Positions 14,301 through 28,088 of a DNA stretch of 64,000 nt are shown one piece after another. The notes under the pieces are model-generated. The model worked only from the letters and a program-made list of their open reading frames with translations. It searched no databases and had not been told where the DNA came from. The translations under genes and the position numbers were made by a program. Position 1 is the first letter of the stretch. Every line of letters begins with the position of its first letter. The DNA is from Bugula neritina (taxonomy: Eukaryota > Animalia > Bryozoa), in contig OZ037765.1 in NCBI GenBank assembly GCA_964035545.1, forward strand, positions 3,666,498 through 3,730,497. Reading direction: 5' to 3'.

Positions 14301-17300
14301 CCATTCTGTACAGCATAATTACCTAGTACTCTAGCCCTAAGGCTGGAAACTTTGTCCACACGCTATTTTTAATTCACAAGCTTTGTTTTGAAACATTTTT
14401 CTCCATGTGTATCAATTGTGAATGTTTAGTCCGACATATTTTGCCCGAGAATGTGTTTGCCTATTGCCAACAAATGGTTGCAACCATTTCAATGGCTGGA
14501 CAACACATACATCTGCCTGAGGGTCCCCTGGCCGCTGCTGACAAATTGGCGCACTTCCGAAATGTTTTAGTAAATAACTTTCTGCCTTTTTGAGTGCAAA
14601 TTCAGCCTTGAGATACAAAGAACGACTTTTAACAAAACTAATATGTAACTTTTGTAACAAGGTTCATGAGTAGCCGACAATAACTTCGTTGTTACAAACT
14701 CACGTCACAACATGACTTTTGGTAGCCAGATTCTTCTTGTTCATTGTTAGAAAGATTTTGCCTGACATTCTTTTATTAGTTGTGATGCTTTTTTACTGTA
14801 TTCCTACATCATCAATAAAATTCAAAGTAAATTTCACTATAGTTGTTCGGTTTGTTTTTGTAGCAAATTTATGTACTAGATTAATACTTTTTAAAAAATA
14901 GTTCAGCCATCGAATTAGTGTTTGCATTTTACTTTGCGCTTGTTTTAGGTTGAAGCAGTCAAATATCATGTCTTGGCAACTAAACCCCCAACTATATTTG
15001 CTGGGAGCCGCTCCTAAGTGTACCGCGGCAAATGCAAGACTATCACCTCTGCAGAATGCCATGTGCACAAACGGTGGCTACATGGATCATATGTCTAGTG
15101 TGAATGTGGGACTCTTATTAGCACTGAATGAATGTAACTTTCAGTTTTCATCTAACACTTGGAACTGTTCTTCAGTAGAAATGGAATCGCTACTAGAAGG
15201 AATAAAAGATGTTGAAGGTGAGTGAGAGTTTAAAAGCTCACTTGAGTAGATTAGATTTCAGCTTCATCTCAAACTAATTCAAATTCTTTAATTTATTCAT
15301 AATTATTAGTGCTGGGTATTAACATAAATTATTAATTTTTTGAAAAGCAAATATTAATTGATATTAATTAAATTAGATTTTTGGTTGTCAGAGGCACACT
15401 GTCTGTTCATTGTTTCAAGTGCCTGCTTTGCATATTCAAATTGGTTGATTATTTGATTATAAAAATGAACTTTTGACGTTGTCCAGTAAAGACCATTCGC
15501 AAATGCTTGTGAAATAGTATAACCAACTGGGTAGTAGACAAATTGACAAAACATCAAATTTTCCCAAGAACTCCTAAACTATACTAAGATGAAATGCTAT
15601 GCTTATGAGTAATTAATTATACATTAATTTGATAAATATGCAAATTAAATGTAAGAGTGTATTATTGAAATGCACCGGGTCTAATGACTTCATATAAAAT
15701 GAATAATAAATTTTGATATATTATTTATTATTAAAATTCTTTGAAATAATACTTTCATGCACGTTTAACTTCTTTAGGGTGGAATATAGTAGTTATTATG
15801 ACCCCAAAAGCATCAGTGATAGTTTGAGATGATTACTCCCTTAGATAACGCATTATCACAAGTTTTAACCCAAATCCGGATAATCTGAAAAGCAAACTTT
15901 ACACAGGCGTTCTCATGACAGTGTGTCACCATTTGAAAAGTCAAAAGTCCTTCAAATCAATTTGCATTTATCTTAATTCTGTATATCATTATATATTCTG
16001 GAGATACTAAATGGCTATTCATTATATGCCCCAATCTCATTTACTTGCCTCCTTAGTAACCATCAGTGATAATGATATAGCTTAAGGGTTGTTTGGATAC
16101 AGCGAACTGTGTAGGTAGTAATGTTCACAATATAAATTGCACACTAGCCAAATAAAAGTGCTTAGCAAATGGAAGCTCCAAATTTTCATCACTAAATTTT
16201 TGGTCAATGTTTTCTTCACTCAATAATATTTGTGTGCTGCTAGTTTAGGCAAAAACAACGTAAAATAGGAAAATAGCATTTCATGAAATACCTTTCAAAA
16301 TATCAATGCTACTATGAAGCTGTTATGTATAAATTAATCTTTAACCCTGTTAAATGCTATATGAACTATAAAATATGAGATGTTATGTTAATGGGGAGGA
16401 ATTGATTATCATAATAATCCAAAACCTCTCTTAGTATACTGTACCAAACAAAGACTATAATATTTCACGGCACATGCATTTGAGCTGCTGTTGTGATTGC
16501 ATTGAAGATTCTATCACTGTGTGTGGTACAGGTTTTGTGTGCTGGACAATACTTAATTGTATGGTTGTTGTTTTTGCACCCTAATAAACTAAAATGCCTG
16601 CAAAACTTTACTGTTTTGTGCACGATTTTATCTCCATTCAATTGTGAAGCAGAATGGTTAAAGAATAATTTAGCTAATATGAGAACCTACTCCTGTGTTA
16701 GTTTATTGTTGTTAGGCATTCCATGCAGTGTTTACTTTGAAAGAAATTTAATTTGAAACAAGTTGATATAAAACTTCACTCTATTGTTCGAAAGCTTGTT
16801 TCCAAACAGTTAAATTTCGCTGCAGGTGTAAAAGTAAACAGTGTAATCAGCATATACTGTTGATTATTGGTCACTGAATCACAGTAATTAAGTGCTTAAA
16901 TACGAATGCGATTTTCAAAGGTATCTTTTATGTGTTGTTCGGTGAAATGAAGCCCCATTAATCATTGATAATTAATATTCGAGCAATTAAAGTATTTATA
17001 TGCAAAGTGTCACATATTTATAAACAATATTCTTTTGGTTACTTATAGACATCTTTACCCCTTAGTCTTTGCTCCCAAAGGAAGTAATTTGTGAATGTAG
17101 CCATCATGCACTTGGCGCATGGCACATGTACCTCAAGCTACTTTCAAATGCTTATATAAACGCTTTATGCAGAATATAAAAATAGTAACGGCCAACCATA
17201 TTTTATTTGCTAAAAATAAATACATAACAGATGTGATTTTTCAAACTCAAGTCAATCAGTTATCAAAGTAAAATCCTGCGATACGAAATTAATACAAAAG

Positions 17301-20300
17301 TCAATAGTATAGCAGTGATAAATGCTTACATCTTTATACGTCTCTCTTCATATTTCTTATCTCAAGGATAGATTTTTATTAATGACAGTTGACACTGTTG
17401 GGCGGTTGATGGCAAGTAGCATATTTGCACTAGCAGGATAGTTCAAATCCAATGATAATTATGTATTAATATAATTTATGATGCCTGCTGCAAATTCAAA
17501 TAATTTTGACAGCTTCAATCGAGTGAGTGAATAGAGGATGGGTGTGAAAAAATTAATTTCAAACATAAATCAAAGATTATGCGCTAGAAACTTTCAGCTA
17601 AAGTTGGTAAAAAGCAATTTCATGGTCAGTTTATACTGAGCAACCAGATTTGTTATCTTGCAAGTAGATTTTAGTAGCTTTTAAAATAATCTGGAGAGAA
17701 GGGGTTACATGTAACTAAAACCAAGTACCTGAAGTTAAAATTGTAACATTTAATCATTAATAGAATCACAATTTAGAAAGTCAAGACAAAAATGAACATG
17801 AGTTTTGTTATTGCTTTTGATGAAATGTAAAGAAGCCCTAAGTTTAAAAACTGCTATTCTGATTTATCTTCTCATGTCTATAATGTAGCTGCTTTAATTT
17901 TATATGTCTATTTTAACTATTAGCAATTATAATCGTTATACCTTCTACAAACTTCTTTTTAAAAAAAGCAAGTGAATTTAAGAATAATTATAATGTTCAA
18001 TAAAATGCAGTAAAATGTTAGCCTTAAAGCTCTATTCCAAGAATAAGTTTAATAAAATGACTAGCTTGAGGTTCTAGTATATAGAAGCTCCTTGAAAATC
18101 TCTGCTGAATCGTTACCAGCAGTTTGGGAATACTTTAGCAGTGAACACAAAACTTCCGCTTTAATTGTCATGTTTTTCTGCTATTTATAACTTGCAAATG
18201 TATAAATATATTTTTGGAAATTACACCTATGACAATATTGTTATTTTCTGTTCCTGCATGGTTGAAACTGAGTTTTATAAATAATTTCGAAAGAGATAAA
18301 TTAAAGTGATTTCGCTGAAACATATAAGCATATAATAGGTATAACTCTTAGCTGGAAGGTATGGCTATGAGAATGCAATAATAGCATTGCAAAACATTCT
18401 CCATCAAACTAACAAACAAAGTTTAATATGGGAAAAAAACATATTTTTGATATTCATAATAATGTTGGGTCATAATTGATAAATTATTCACTAGACAGAA
18501 GTCTGACCAGACAAGACCATCTGCCAATAAATCTGAATTATTGTTCCTGAGTTGCCAACGAAACAGATTAGCTTGTTTTTAAACTTAAATGAAACTTGTA
18601 GCTTTACATTCACAGTGTCCATGCTATGTACTATATATAGCTTTAGCATGTTACTATCAATACATCATATACTACTGGTGCAAGTTCTTTATTATTTGTG
18701 CTCAAATCCACTGACTTATAACAGTAAAAATTTAACCTAAAATTCTAATGCCATTTACTATAACAGCATATGGTGTTAAAATGATAACTAAATGATAATG
18801 GAAGAGCCTCACAACATTGGATGGGCACATAAAGCAGCCATAAAATCTGAAGTTTCGACATACTTTTCAACAAAGGGCGTGTAATGACTCAGGAAATAGA
18901 GTTTTATGGCCGCTGTAATTTCAACAGACATTAACTCATTATTATTTATAGGAGTGCTACTAAAACAATGCTTCATCTAGCTTAAAACATATCTGAAATG
19001 CCTCAGCAAGTAGCATGGCCTTCATAACCTGTCAATCATACTTATGTTCAAACATGCAAAATATGGAAGGCTGTATCCCACCACCCGACAATGAAAATGC
19101 CAGGCTGTCTAAAGCTAAGTCTATCTTGGCATTAATAGCATCGCTATCAACATTCAAAGCATTCTTTTACTGTTCACGTAGCTGTGGGCTAAACTTAATT
19201 TGATACAATTCTTTATAGCAGATTACTCAGGGCTTCTCTTTAGCAGCTGTTGAATACATAAAAAGTTGACTTAGAAGATCAAATAAATGCAACGACTTCA
19301 TAGATGTGTAGGCCAACTGTGACGCAGCTTTGTCTTAGCATGTTGCAACAGTAGTTCACGGAGCATCCAATTAGTTTTTCAAAGGGGGTCTTACATTTCT
19401 CCATCTTACCAGAACTATTATATTTCAGCTTTAACATTTTTGTTCTACATGTAATAAAACTCATGAAATAACTCCCTTTTGTTTTTCAAGATCAAAATAA
19501 TGTGCTTTAGTATGTCTGCAAATGCCCAAAGGTTATGTTATGAATTCAAAGTCAAAAGCTATATGATTCTTTAATTTGAGACTTTTCTCTACAACAAGTT
19601 GGTTTTGGTTTTGCAGCATCTAAAGAAGATGCATTTCTTCACGCTGTCACATCAGCCGGGATAGCCCATGCTGTCGCCAGAGGGTGCGCTAGTGGTACAA
19701 TCTCTAAGTGTTCCTGCAGCAAGATGAAGAGACCAGATGACCTGCACAATGACTGGGTGTGGCAAGGGTGTGGAGATGACGTGAGTTACGGCTACAACTT
19801 TGCTTTGGCATTCGTAGATCTCCGAGAAAAAGAAAGCAATCACCCGAAAGGATCGGAGGGATTGGCTCTAACCCTCATGAATACGCATAATAATGAAGCA
19901 GGTCGCAGGGTAAGATAACTCCTTTGTCAAAATTGTTGAGACTGGAAAATAACTCACACCTTATTCCCATAGTATTTCGATTATTTGTATAAACGGAATA
20001 ATTCAGAATTGCATTATACTCATATACTCATAGAGTCGTAGTATGTCATAATGATCCAAACTTTCCTAATGAATTTTTTTTTTCTGTTGTTTTGTCAAAA
20101 CGGAATTAACGTTTTATGCTTGGCTATTTTTACAGAATGATAAATAAACTGTTGACCTATTAAATGTTTGTAGACACAAATATAGGTGTGTCTGAGTTCA
20201 TTTTTCATTCAACTTTTGTTGATATTTACTGCATGGCACCAAGTTTGAACACACTAAATGCATTGCTATAGTGGCTGCACAATTTCATATTACCTATTAT

Positions 20301-21410
20301 TGTAGTTATCCATTTCTTGTTTTTGATTTTGCTTTTGGCAAACGCACTTGCCAACAGTAGAAAATAATAGAAAAAGATCGGCTCCCAAATGGCGCCTGTT
20401 CCCAAATCATTTATCAATTATGTTCATTACTTTGAAACTCACCCTACGCAGTTAATTTATTACTACATTATACACTGCCAGTTCTAGAGCTGTTTAATTA
20501 GACCTTTGGTTCGTACTCATAATTAAATGGGTAGATTGAAAGAAAATTTAAATAAACGAATCATTATGAATGAAAAACTTGTTGAGTTGAAAATGATTTT
20601 AATAATAACATCATCATTGTGGCTTCATCTATAGAAAGTATGAGTCAACCTTTTACATTTACACACTATTTGAGTTGAAACTGTACACACAGATAATTTC
20701 CTAGTATCCATTTGTGTGATGTCTGGTGATTCATGCACATAAACTGTAGCCAACAACCTTTTAGCTGCTATTATAAGTCAAACATAACAAATGCTGTTCA
20801 TTTTGAAAATCACCTTTTCTTCATTACCAAGAATCGATATAAAATAAATAGAAAAATATATAAAAATATATTTTCATACTGCAATAATTATTAGGATTCG
20901 TAACTGTAACTTATTTTTGTCTGTTTATGATTTTAGACGGTGTCAAAAGACTACGTGGTGGCCTGTAAATGTCATGGAGTCAGTGGCTCGTGTGAGCTGA
21001 AAACTTGTTGGCAGGAGTTATCTCCTTTTAGAAACATCGGAAAGAAACTAAAGGACAACTATAACATAGCCATGCAAGTCGGGTTCAATAAAGACGGCAC
21101 TGGGTTAAGAAACAAGGCAAAGTCAAAACGATCAAAGCGTCGAGCTAGCAAAGAAGAATTAATATATTTAAAAGTCTTACCTAGCTTATGTAAAAGAAAG
21201 GCTGACGGCTCCATCCCTGATAGCATGGTGGGTCGTAGGTGCAACACTACTAGTACAGGGGAAGACAACTGTGATGTTTTATGTTGTGGGCGAGGCTCTG
21301 AAAAAAGAACAGTAGCAATAAAAGAACGATGCAACTGCGTGTTTCAATGGTGTTGCTTTGTTAAATGTGACGAATGCATACGATACGAAGAGCAAGATTT
21401 CTGCGTGTAG
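8377..21410 (+). CDS. Wnt5: Wnt family ligand, Wnt5 subfamily (372 aa)
   Basis: Exons 8377-8459 (signal peptide MRKMLKIGQSTLFILFNIAFQCITSQS, TG|gtaagt), 14949-15217, 19617-19909, 20937-21410 (TAG); phases 2/1/0 are consistent. 24 cysteines in the mature region in Wnt pattern; lipidation motif CKCHGVSGSC, HNNEAGRR, LCCGRG, CNCVFQWCCFVKC. Wnt5-like segments: PQLYLLGAAPKC, DHMSSV, RPDDLHNDWVWQGCGDD, FVDLREKESNHPKGS. Confidence 0.93.
10446..10524. repeat. (TG)n/(TGCG) microsatellite
   Basis: Direct reading; explains the HT-repeat ORF 10385-10567. Confidence 0.95.
11761..12045. repeat. (ATGCT/ATACT)n pentamer-derived microsatellite
   Basis: Repeating tatgctatacta units; explains the Y/M/L-rich ORFs 11781-12051. 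Confidence 0.9.
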
Positions 21411-22837
21411 CATTGGTTTTTAGACAGTTCAAATACTCTTACTTCAATACATGCCATTAAATTAATGAAACCTACTCACTTATATTTATTTTGTATATTT
21501 TCGATCTATGTTTGTACCTTTATTGATAATGGTTTGTATATAAAAGCACACTACTATTATACACATATTTTGTGTGCAAGCTAAAGCAAGCTGTTAAATT
21601 GTAAAATGAATTATGTATATCCCATAACTTTAAGCAATCTTAGAAAAAAGTCACTCAATTTTTCAGGTTGGCTTAGCTCTGATAGATTTAATTTTTAAAA
21701 TTGATTAAAACTTTTAAAGTAATGCTATTTTTATTGTAAAAATATTCCTCCAGCAAGTTCTCTTGTGCACTAGAATGTTTGTGTTGTCATATGCTACAGG
21801 TACACATATTTATACGAGTAATAACATATAGTACCTGCAGTGTACATCACATCCCATCTCAGTCTACATAAATCTTATATACAGTGTTGCCACCAAATGC
21901 CTTGATTTATCAACTACTATATTTCCATTTACTTATAGTTCTTCACAGTATAATGTATGCACATACCAGACAGCTGTTTACACATAAAAACTATGAGGGA
22001 AAACATGTTATTTGACTGAAAGTAATAATGTTACTCTCTAACTATATTTTCTTACAGTAAATTCATCTTACATAACATTATGTTTAGATTGTCCAGCACT
22101 TGGTGTTTAATGCTGCGAGAAAAGTTTTTATTAGTATTGTGCTATTGCTGTATTGTCATCAATTTTTTCCTCAACATCTTTATTCATTTTTGTAATTGAC
22201 AAATTACATTAATATTATTTGTAAATAACTTATTATAATTATTATATATTATATCGTAATGTTATTGCTGTTATTATTAGGTATTGTTAATAAGTTGACA
22301 AATAAAAAAGAAAACACTACATTCTATTCATGTTTTTCACCTAAAAAATGTTCTTTGTTGCATCTTGAATGGAAAGTAAACACATTTAGTCTTTAAAGTA
22401 GCAATTCTTACTTTAATATTCAATACAAATGACCAATTAGCACAAGTTTAAGCACCATAAATATTAAAATAAATCAGTTGTAGCTATAATCAATTACATA
22501 ATGCTAAAAAAACTCAGCCTTCATGCAGGGGTAACTGTACCCATGGATAAGCATTTGGTCAAAGTTGGGTGCCGCATAAGTTGAGGGTTATCCCAGACAG
22601 AAAACACATTGTATTACAAAGATTAATATTTAAAATCTCATTACTTATTCAACCACAGGCTGCATTTAAAATAATATGTATCTTATAATAAGCTTAAGTA
22701 GAAAATGCTTTAAAAGTATTTCCTCCTATGGAATGAAAAAATTAAATTTTAAGAGTAATTGTTTTTTTTTTGTAAATTGGCTCAGATTTCTATACCAGTT
22801 GGTAGATGCAAATGACCCCACATATATAGATATAGTG

Positions 22838-22897
22838 CTATCTATATATCTATATATCTATCTATCTATATATCTATCTATCTATTTATCTATTTAT

Positions 22898-22948
<51 letters not shown>

Positions 22949-22985
22949 CCTACCTACCTATCTATCTATCTATCTATCTATCTAT

Positions 22986-23023
<38 letters not shown>

Positions 23024-23057
23024 ACCTACCTACCTACCTACCTACCTACCTACCTAC

Positions 23058-23105
<48 letters not shown>

Positions 23106-23158
23106 TTATCTATCTATACTATCTATCTATCTATCTATCTATCTATTTATCTATCTAT
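22838..23158. repeat. Compound tetranucleotide microsatellite (TCTA)n-(CCTG)n-(CCTA)n-(TCTA)n
   Basis: Direct reading. Confidence 0.95.
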
Positions 23159-23422
23159 TATGATTCCAGGCAGCAATATAAGAGCTGCCACATATATTTA
23201 TGAAATAATACGAAAAGGTAACACAGCTTTGGTAATATAAGAGAAGAGTTTTAATGTTATATCACATTTATATTATGCAATGTTGTTATTATTCAACAAA
23301 ATATCTCAAATGTCTACCCCCATGATGCTAATTATCAAAACCTACAACATCTAGGCTACAACAAAGTATTGTGATTATAAAGTTACTATAATAATATTTA
23401 ATTATGTTGAAAATCTCAGTAG

Positions 23423-23588
23423 CCCCTGTGAGAACTTAATGTTGGTAAGGGTCGTGCATGCAACGCACCGTACTGATACAATAGTCTGACAGCAGACACA
23501 GATGACGGGATACTGTTCTTGACATTGCTATTGACCCTGCTAGGATATCAACCTATCAGTGTGCCAGTACACTAACCCACAGCTGCTT
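23423..23588 (-). mobile_element. Diverged copy of tRNA-derived SINE family
   Basis: Reverse complement AGCAGCTGTGGGTTAGTGTACTGG...AATGTCAAGAACAGTATCCCGTCAT aligns with the 43382-43501 copy. Confidence 0.45.
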
Positions 23589-24948
23589 CTTTCACTGTAA
23601 CTATGGTACGGCCATATTAACACACTTAGTTAGCATAGGTAATGTTTTTAGTTTGAATTTCATGCACTAATAATTTTTATGGATCTATTTATAAAAAAGT
23701 TAAAATTTTTTGTAACATATAAGTTTTGTGGTTGAAAGCCACCTATCATTAGGTAAGTGCAAAGTAGGTATCCATAAGTTATGTTGTTTAAATGGTTTTA
23801 ATATGTCGTCTAAAACCGCAATTATAATTGTAGACCATCGTTTATGAAATTATTTGCATTAAGGAAATGCTTTCCACCACTTTTTTATATTGTATAGGAA
23901 AGCTGAGATTAAGTCATTCCATTTCTCTGAAGGATATGTTTATTAAATAGATAGACTCCACGTTGTAGGAGGCAAAGTAGCCATTTGGTAGCATTCAATG
24001 ATAAATATTGGGGCATTTATATCTTCTAGCGTTTCAGAAATATTCTGATATCATAAAAATATGAAATGATAGAATATTTCAAGCCTTTACATAATACAAA
24101 GAATATTTCACTTTATATGACCAAAGACTTTGTATAGGTTCTCAAACTACATGCAAAAGTATAAGCACTGTAAAGGGAATCAAATAACTTTTCCCACTAG
24201 CAAACCTGTCTTATTCAGTACTTTCTCATTATAATGAGTGATCTACATGTACCTGTAGATCTGAATGCATAACCGTCAGTCAAAGTAATTTATTTACTTT
24301 CCAAAAGTTATTGATTCTGCCAAGCAAAGCTGTCACTGTTCATGTGACTTAGCAATGAGTTACGGCTAGTCTTTTTACATATATTTATTTATAATGAAAA
24401 AATGTACAATTTACCTATAAAAACACAGTAAAGAAAGAAACCACTTAAGCAACATTTGCTACGTACAATATATACATACATGTTAGGGTCCCTTTGAAAG
24501 AAAGTCAAAAGCAATGAAAGTTTGATGAAGTCATGACAAGAATATAAAACATATGCCTAAACTATCAACTTATAATTTTAGCTGGGGCCACACGCTATAT
24601 CAATTAAAAAAAAAATCATTGAAATGAAAATGCATCGTTTTACTTTGTAAAAGAAACTCCAGGGAACACAAATTAATCAAAATTATCAAATTTTTGTTTT
24701 TCATAAAGCTTATGAAAAAATGACTTATTATGTTTTAAATTTGAATTAAAAAGTTTGTAAAACAAAATAATAATGAGCTTGACAAAACCAGGAACTCATG
24801 TATGGGTTTGAAAGTTTGCAGCAGCTAAGAATAGCAATGAAAGTCAGAAATAGTAATTATTAGTTACACAGTGCCACGGACTCCAGAGCCTAACAAAAAC
24901 TGTTTCAGCCTGAAATTTATTGTAAAACAAAATTGCTTCAGCATACAA

Positions 24949-25150
<202 letters not shown>

Positions 25151-28011
25151 GATATGAAGAAAATATATTCTTTGAAGTCACTATTATATAAGTTCAATAT
25201 TTTGTTTAATTACTTCAAACTACAAATGTGTATATATACATATGTATTGTTATGCAAGAATTCCAATAGTACCTCAAAAAGCTTCATATCAGCTTAAGCA
25301 CATCATACATTTAGAATTTTTTTGCAAAAGATGTTGGCTATAAATGAACACGCAGAGTTGTCATAACATGTGAGTGAAACCAGCGCTGCACAGCTGCCTG
25401 TTGCATATAAATGCCAAGCTTCTACGTGAAATATGTCAGAACTGACGCTATCCATGTCAGAATTTGCCTTAATTAATAACCTGTTATATAACAACAATCT
25501 ACTAAACAGAAGCTTCATGTCAAGCAATCATTTTAAATGTTTCTAGCAGATTTCTAGCATACCTGAAAAGTTGTGCAGGCATACATATTTTAAATTGAAT
25601 GTAGCTATTTTTAAATTAATTGTTAACAATATTGGCACAGAATAGAAGAATTGCATGCATATATGAAATGCATTCTGTTATAGTTTACGGCATTTCCAAC
25701 AGATTCCTAGCAGAAATTTATCTGTCAGTAAAGATTGAGGTAAAGCAAACAGGTAAGCAAGAATGTTAGTTGCTTACAACCGATAATGCTCGGAATTTGT
25801 GATGATGGCTGTGCAGGTGTTTGTAGTCTTGTAACACTTTATAGTCTTGAAACAAGAGGTAAGCTTGTAGAGACCCTGAATCACATTTCAAATGAGTAAC
25901 ACTAATACAGAGTAGAAGAAAAGTTAGTGCAGGTCATACAATACATGTGTCATCATTATCTTTCATATAAGTGCATCTTAAGATTATACAATTTCTGATT
26001 CGGTTTTCTTTCTCTCCTACACGTTTGTTACAAGCAGAGTGCAGAAAGTGCTGTTACATTACCCAAGGGCTTAGATTTTGTTTAGTACAAAATATTATAT
26101 GAATGGCATAGATGATTGTTCACATGTGGAGAAATATTTTTAGAAGTGCAAGAACTTCATTGTAGCTACATATAAGGTACCACCTTCACCATAATCCTCT
26201 TAAAAGTAATGAGAATTCACCTAGAACCAGAATATTTGCTTTCATTTTGGTTTTATGTAAACTTTACAACTTGACAGCCAATTATAATATATTAGACAAT
26301 AATTTTTGCAAATGAAAGTTTTCAGTGCCCCACCCCCTTCCCCCAATTAGAGTCTGCCACATTTTAGTGCATGCAGTATCAATGATATAATAATATTGTA
26401 CATAGTGCAGTCCTTCATTTTTCTCATCTACATAATATATTAGCTACCGCAATGTGCAAGTCAAAGTGAATTTTAAAAACAAAGGTCCTATACACTTTAA
26501 GCAAAGTTATAAAAAATGGTACGTGTCTTTTTGACATGCTAACACACAGCTTGATTAATTACGGAACAGATTTTATAAGAAACAATGCATTCCAAATCAC
26601 ATACCTTTCAATGTATGCATATTTCTAATTACTATTTCATTTTTAACTTCATTGCATAACAACAGTATGCAGATGAGGTGTGTTAGGAAAACTCAATCAA
26701 GTCTTCTGATGTAATAGACATTCATTATCAGATAATGTTGCTTATGGCAAAGGAAATATACATATACTTTATATCTTAAGACTACAATAATCAAGACAGA
26801 AGTACCATTAAAGCTAATTAGTAAAATTTTATTTCACCATAATCAAACCGAAAAAAAGATGTTAATTTTTGCATTAACTATTAAGCATATTATCAGGTCA
26901 TGTATTTAGACTTTAGAGTTATAGTTATAACATAGTTTACTGCCATATAAAAGTTTATTGTCAGCATTTTAAGTTATGTCTTTAGAAATTGTTTAGATAT
27001 AAAAGGGTCAAAGTTCCAGCCTCTTTATAGTCCACAAAAAACCTCACTGCTATACACGTCTGCTTGTGTAAGTAATTTTATTTAATGAGATTTTACTGAA
27101 TTAATCTCTTTAAAACTTTCAGTCTTACACAGAACTGCAGCTGCCAGTAACAACAGTTTTTAAACGCTTTAGTTTCATGCAGCTTCTTATAGAAATGCAA
27201 CGTCGCTAGCGAAACAAAGCAAAGGAGAATATAACTCTTAAATTGAAAGCATTAGCTTCTAGTATTTGGTTCAATTTTATAATATTATTATTGAGGTTAG
27301 GTGTTTGTATAACAATATGTCAAAACATGCGTGGATGATTTTTATTATAAAACAGAAACTGGGAAATTTCCTATAATATCCTATGTCGAAGTCACAAACA
27401 TTCACTTGTAGAGTAGAGTTGTTTAAATATTGCATAAATTATTCCAACTGAAATAATTGGTACATTTCTAAGCAAATTTCAACCGCAGAGTTATCTTCTT
27501 TGGAGAGGACCTCAATTAAAGAAACTAACCAAAACTGTTGGAATGAATATTTTAAATTTTACTGTGCCATATATTATGCCCTTATTTTTTTAAAATGCTA
27601 TTTTCACTGCAAAAGTGAAAAACAATCTACACTAATTTTAGTAGCTGTTGCAAGTTGCTTTTTCAGTTTAATAAATTTCAAAAATAGAAATGAGTTCATA
27701 TAGGAAAAAGCAACAAATGTTTGTAATATTAACTAGAGACAAATAAATTGTTACAATATTTAGTTATTATTACTCAAGGTCCAGGTGAAAGCTAAACTAT
27801 TGAGAGAGAGTAACTCCCAACTACCAATGTGTTTTCTCTAATTGTGCTAGGTAAATGCATGTCCATATTATATATTATTATATTATAAGCATTATATATC
27901 GATCTGATGAATAATATGCTATGCTATATTATACACATAGTTTGTTAGAAATATTATATATCAGACATATCATATATTACATACCATACATATTAAATAT
28001 ACTATCTATGA

Positions 28012-28014
<3 letters not shown>

Positions 28015-28085
<71 letters not shown>
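28015..28085. repeat. (TA)n microsatellite
   Basis: Direct reading. Confidence 0.97.
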
Positions 28086-28088
<3 letters not shown>

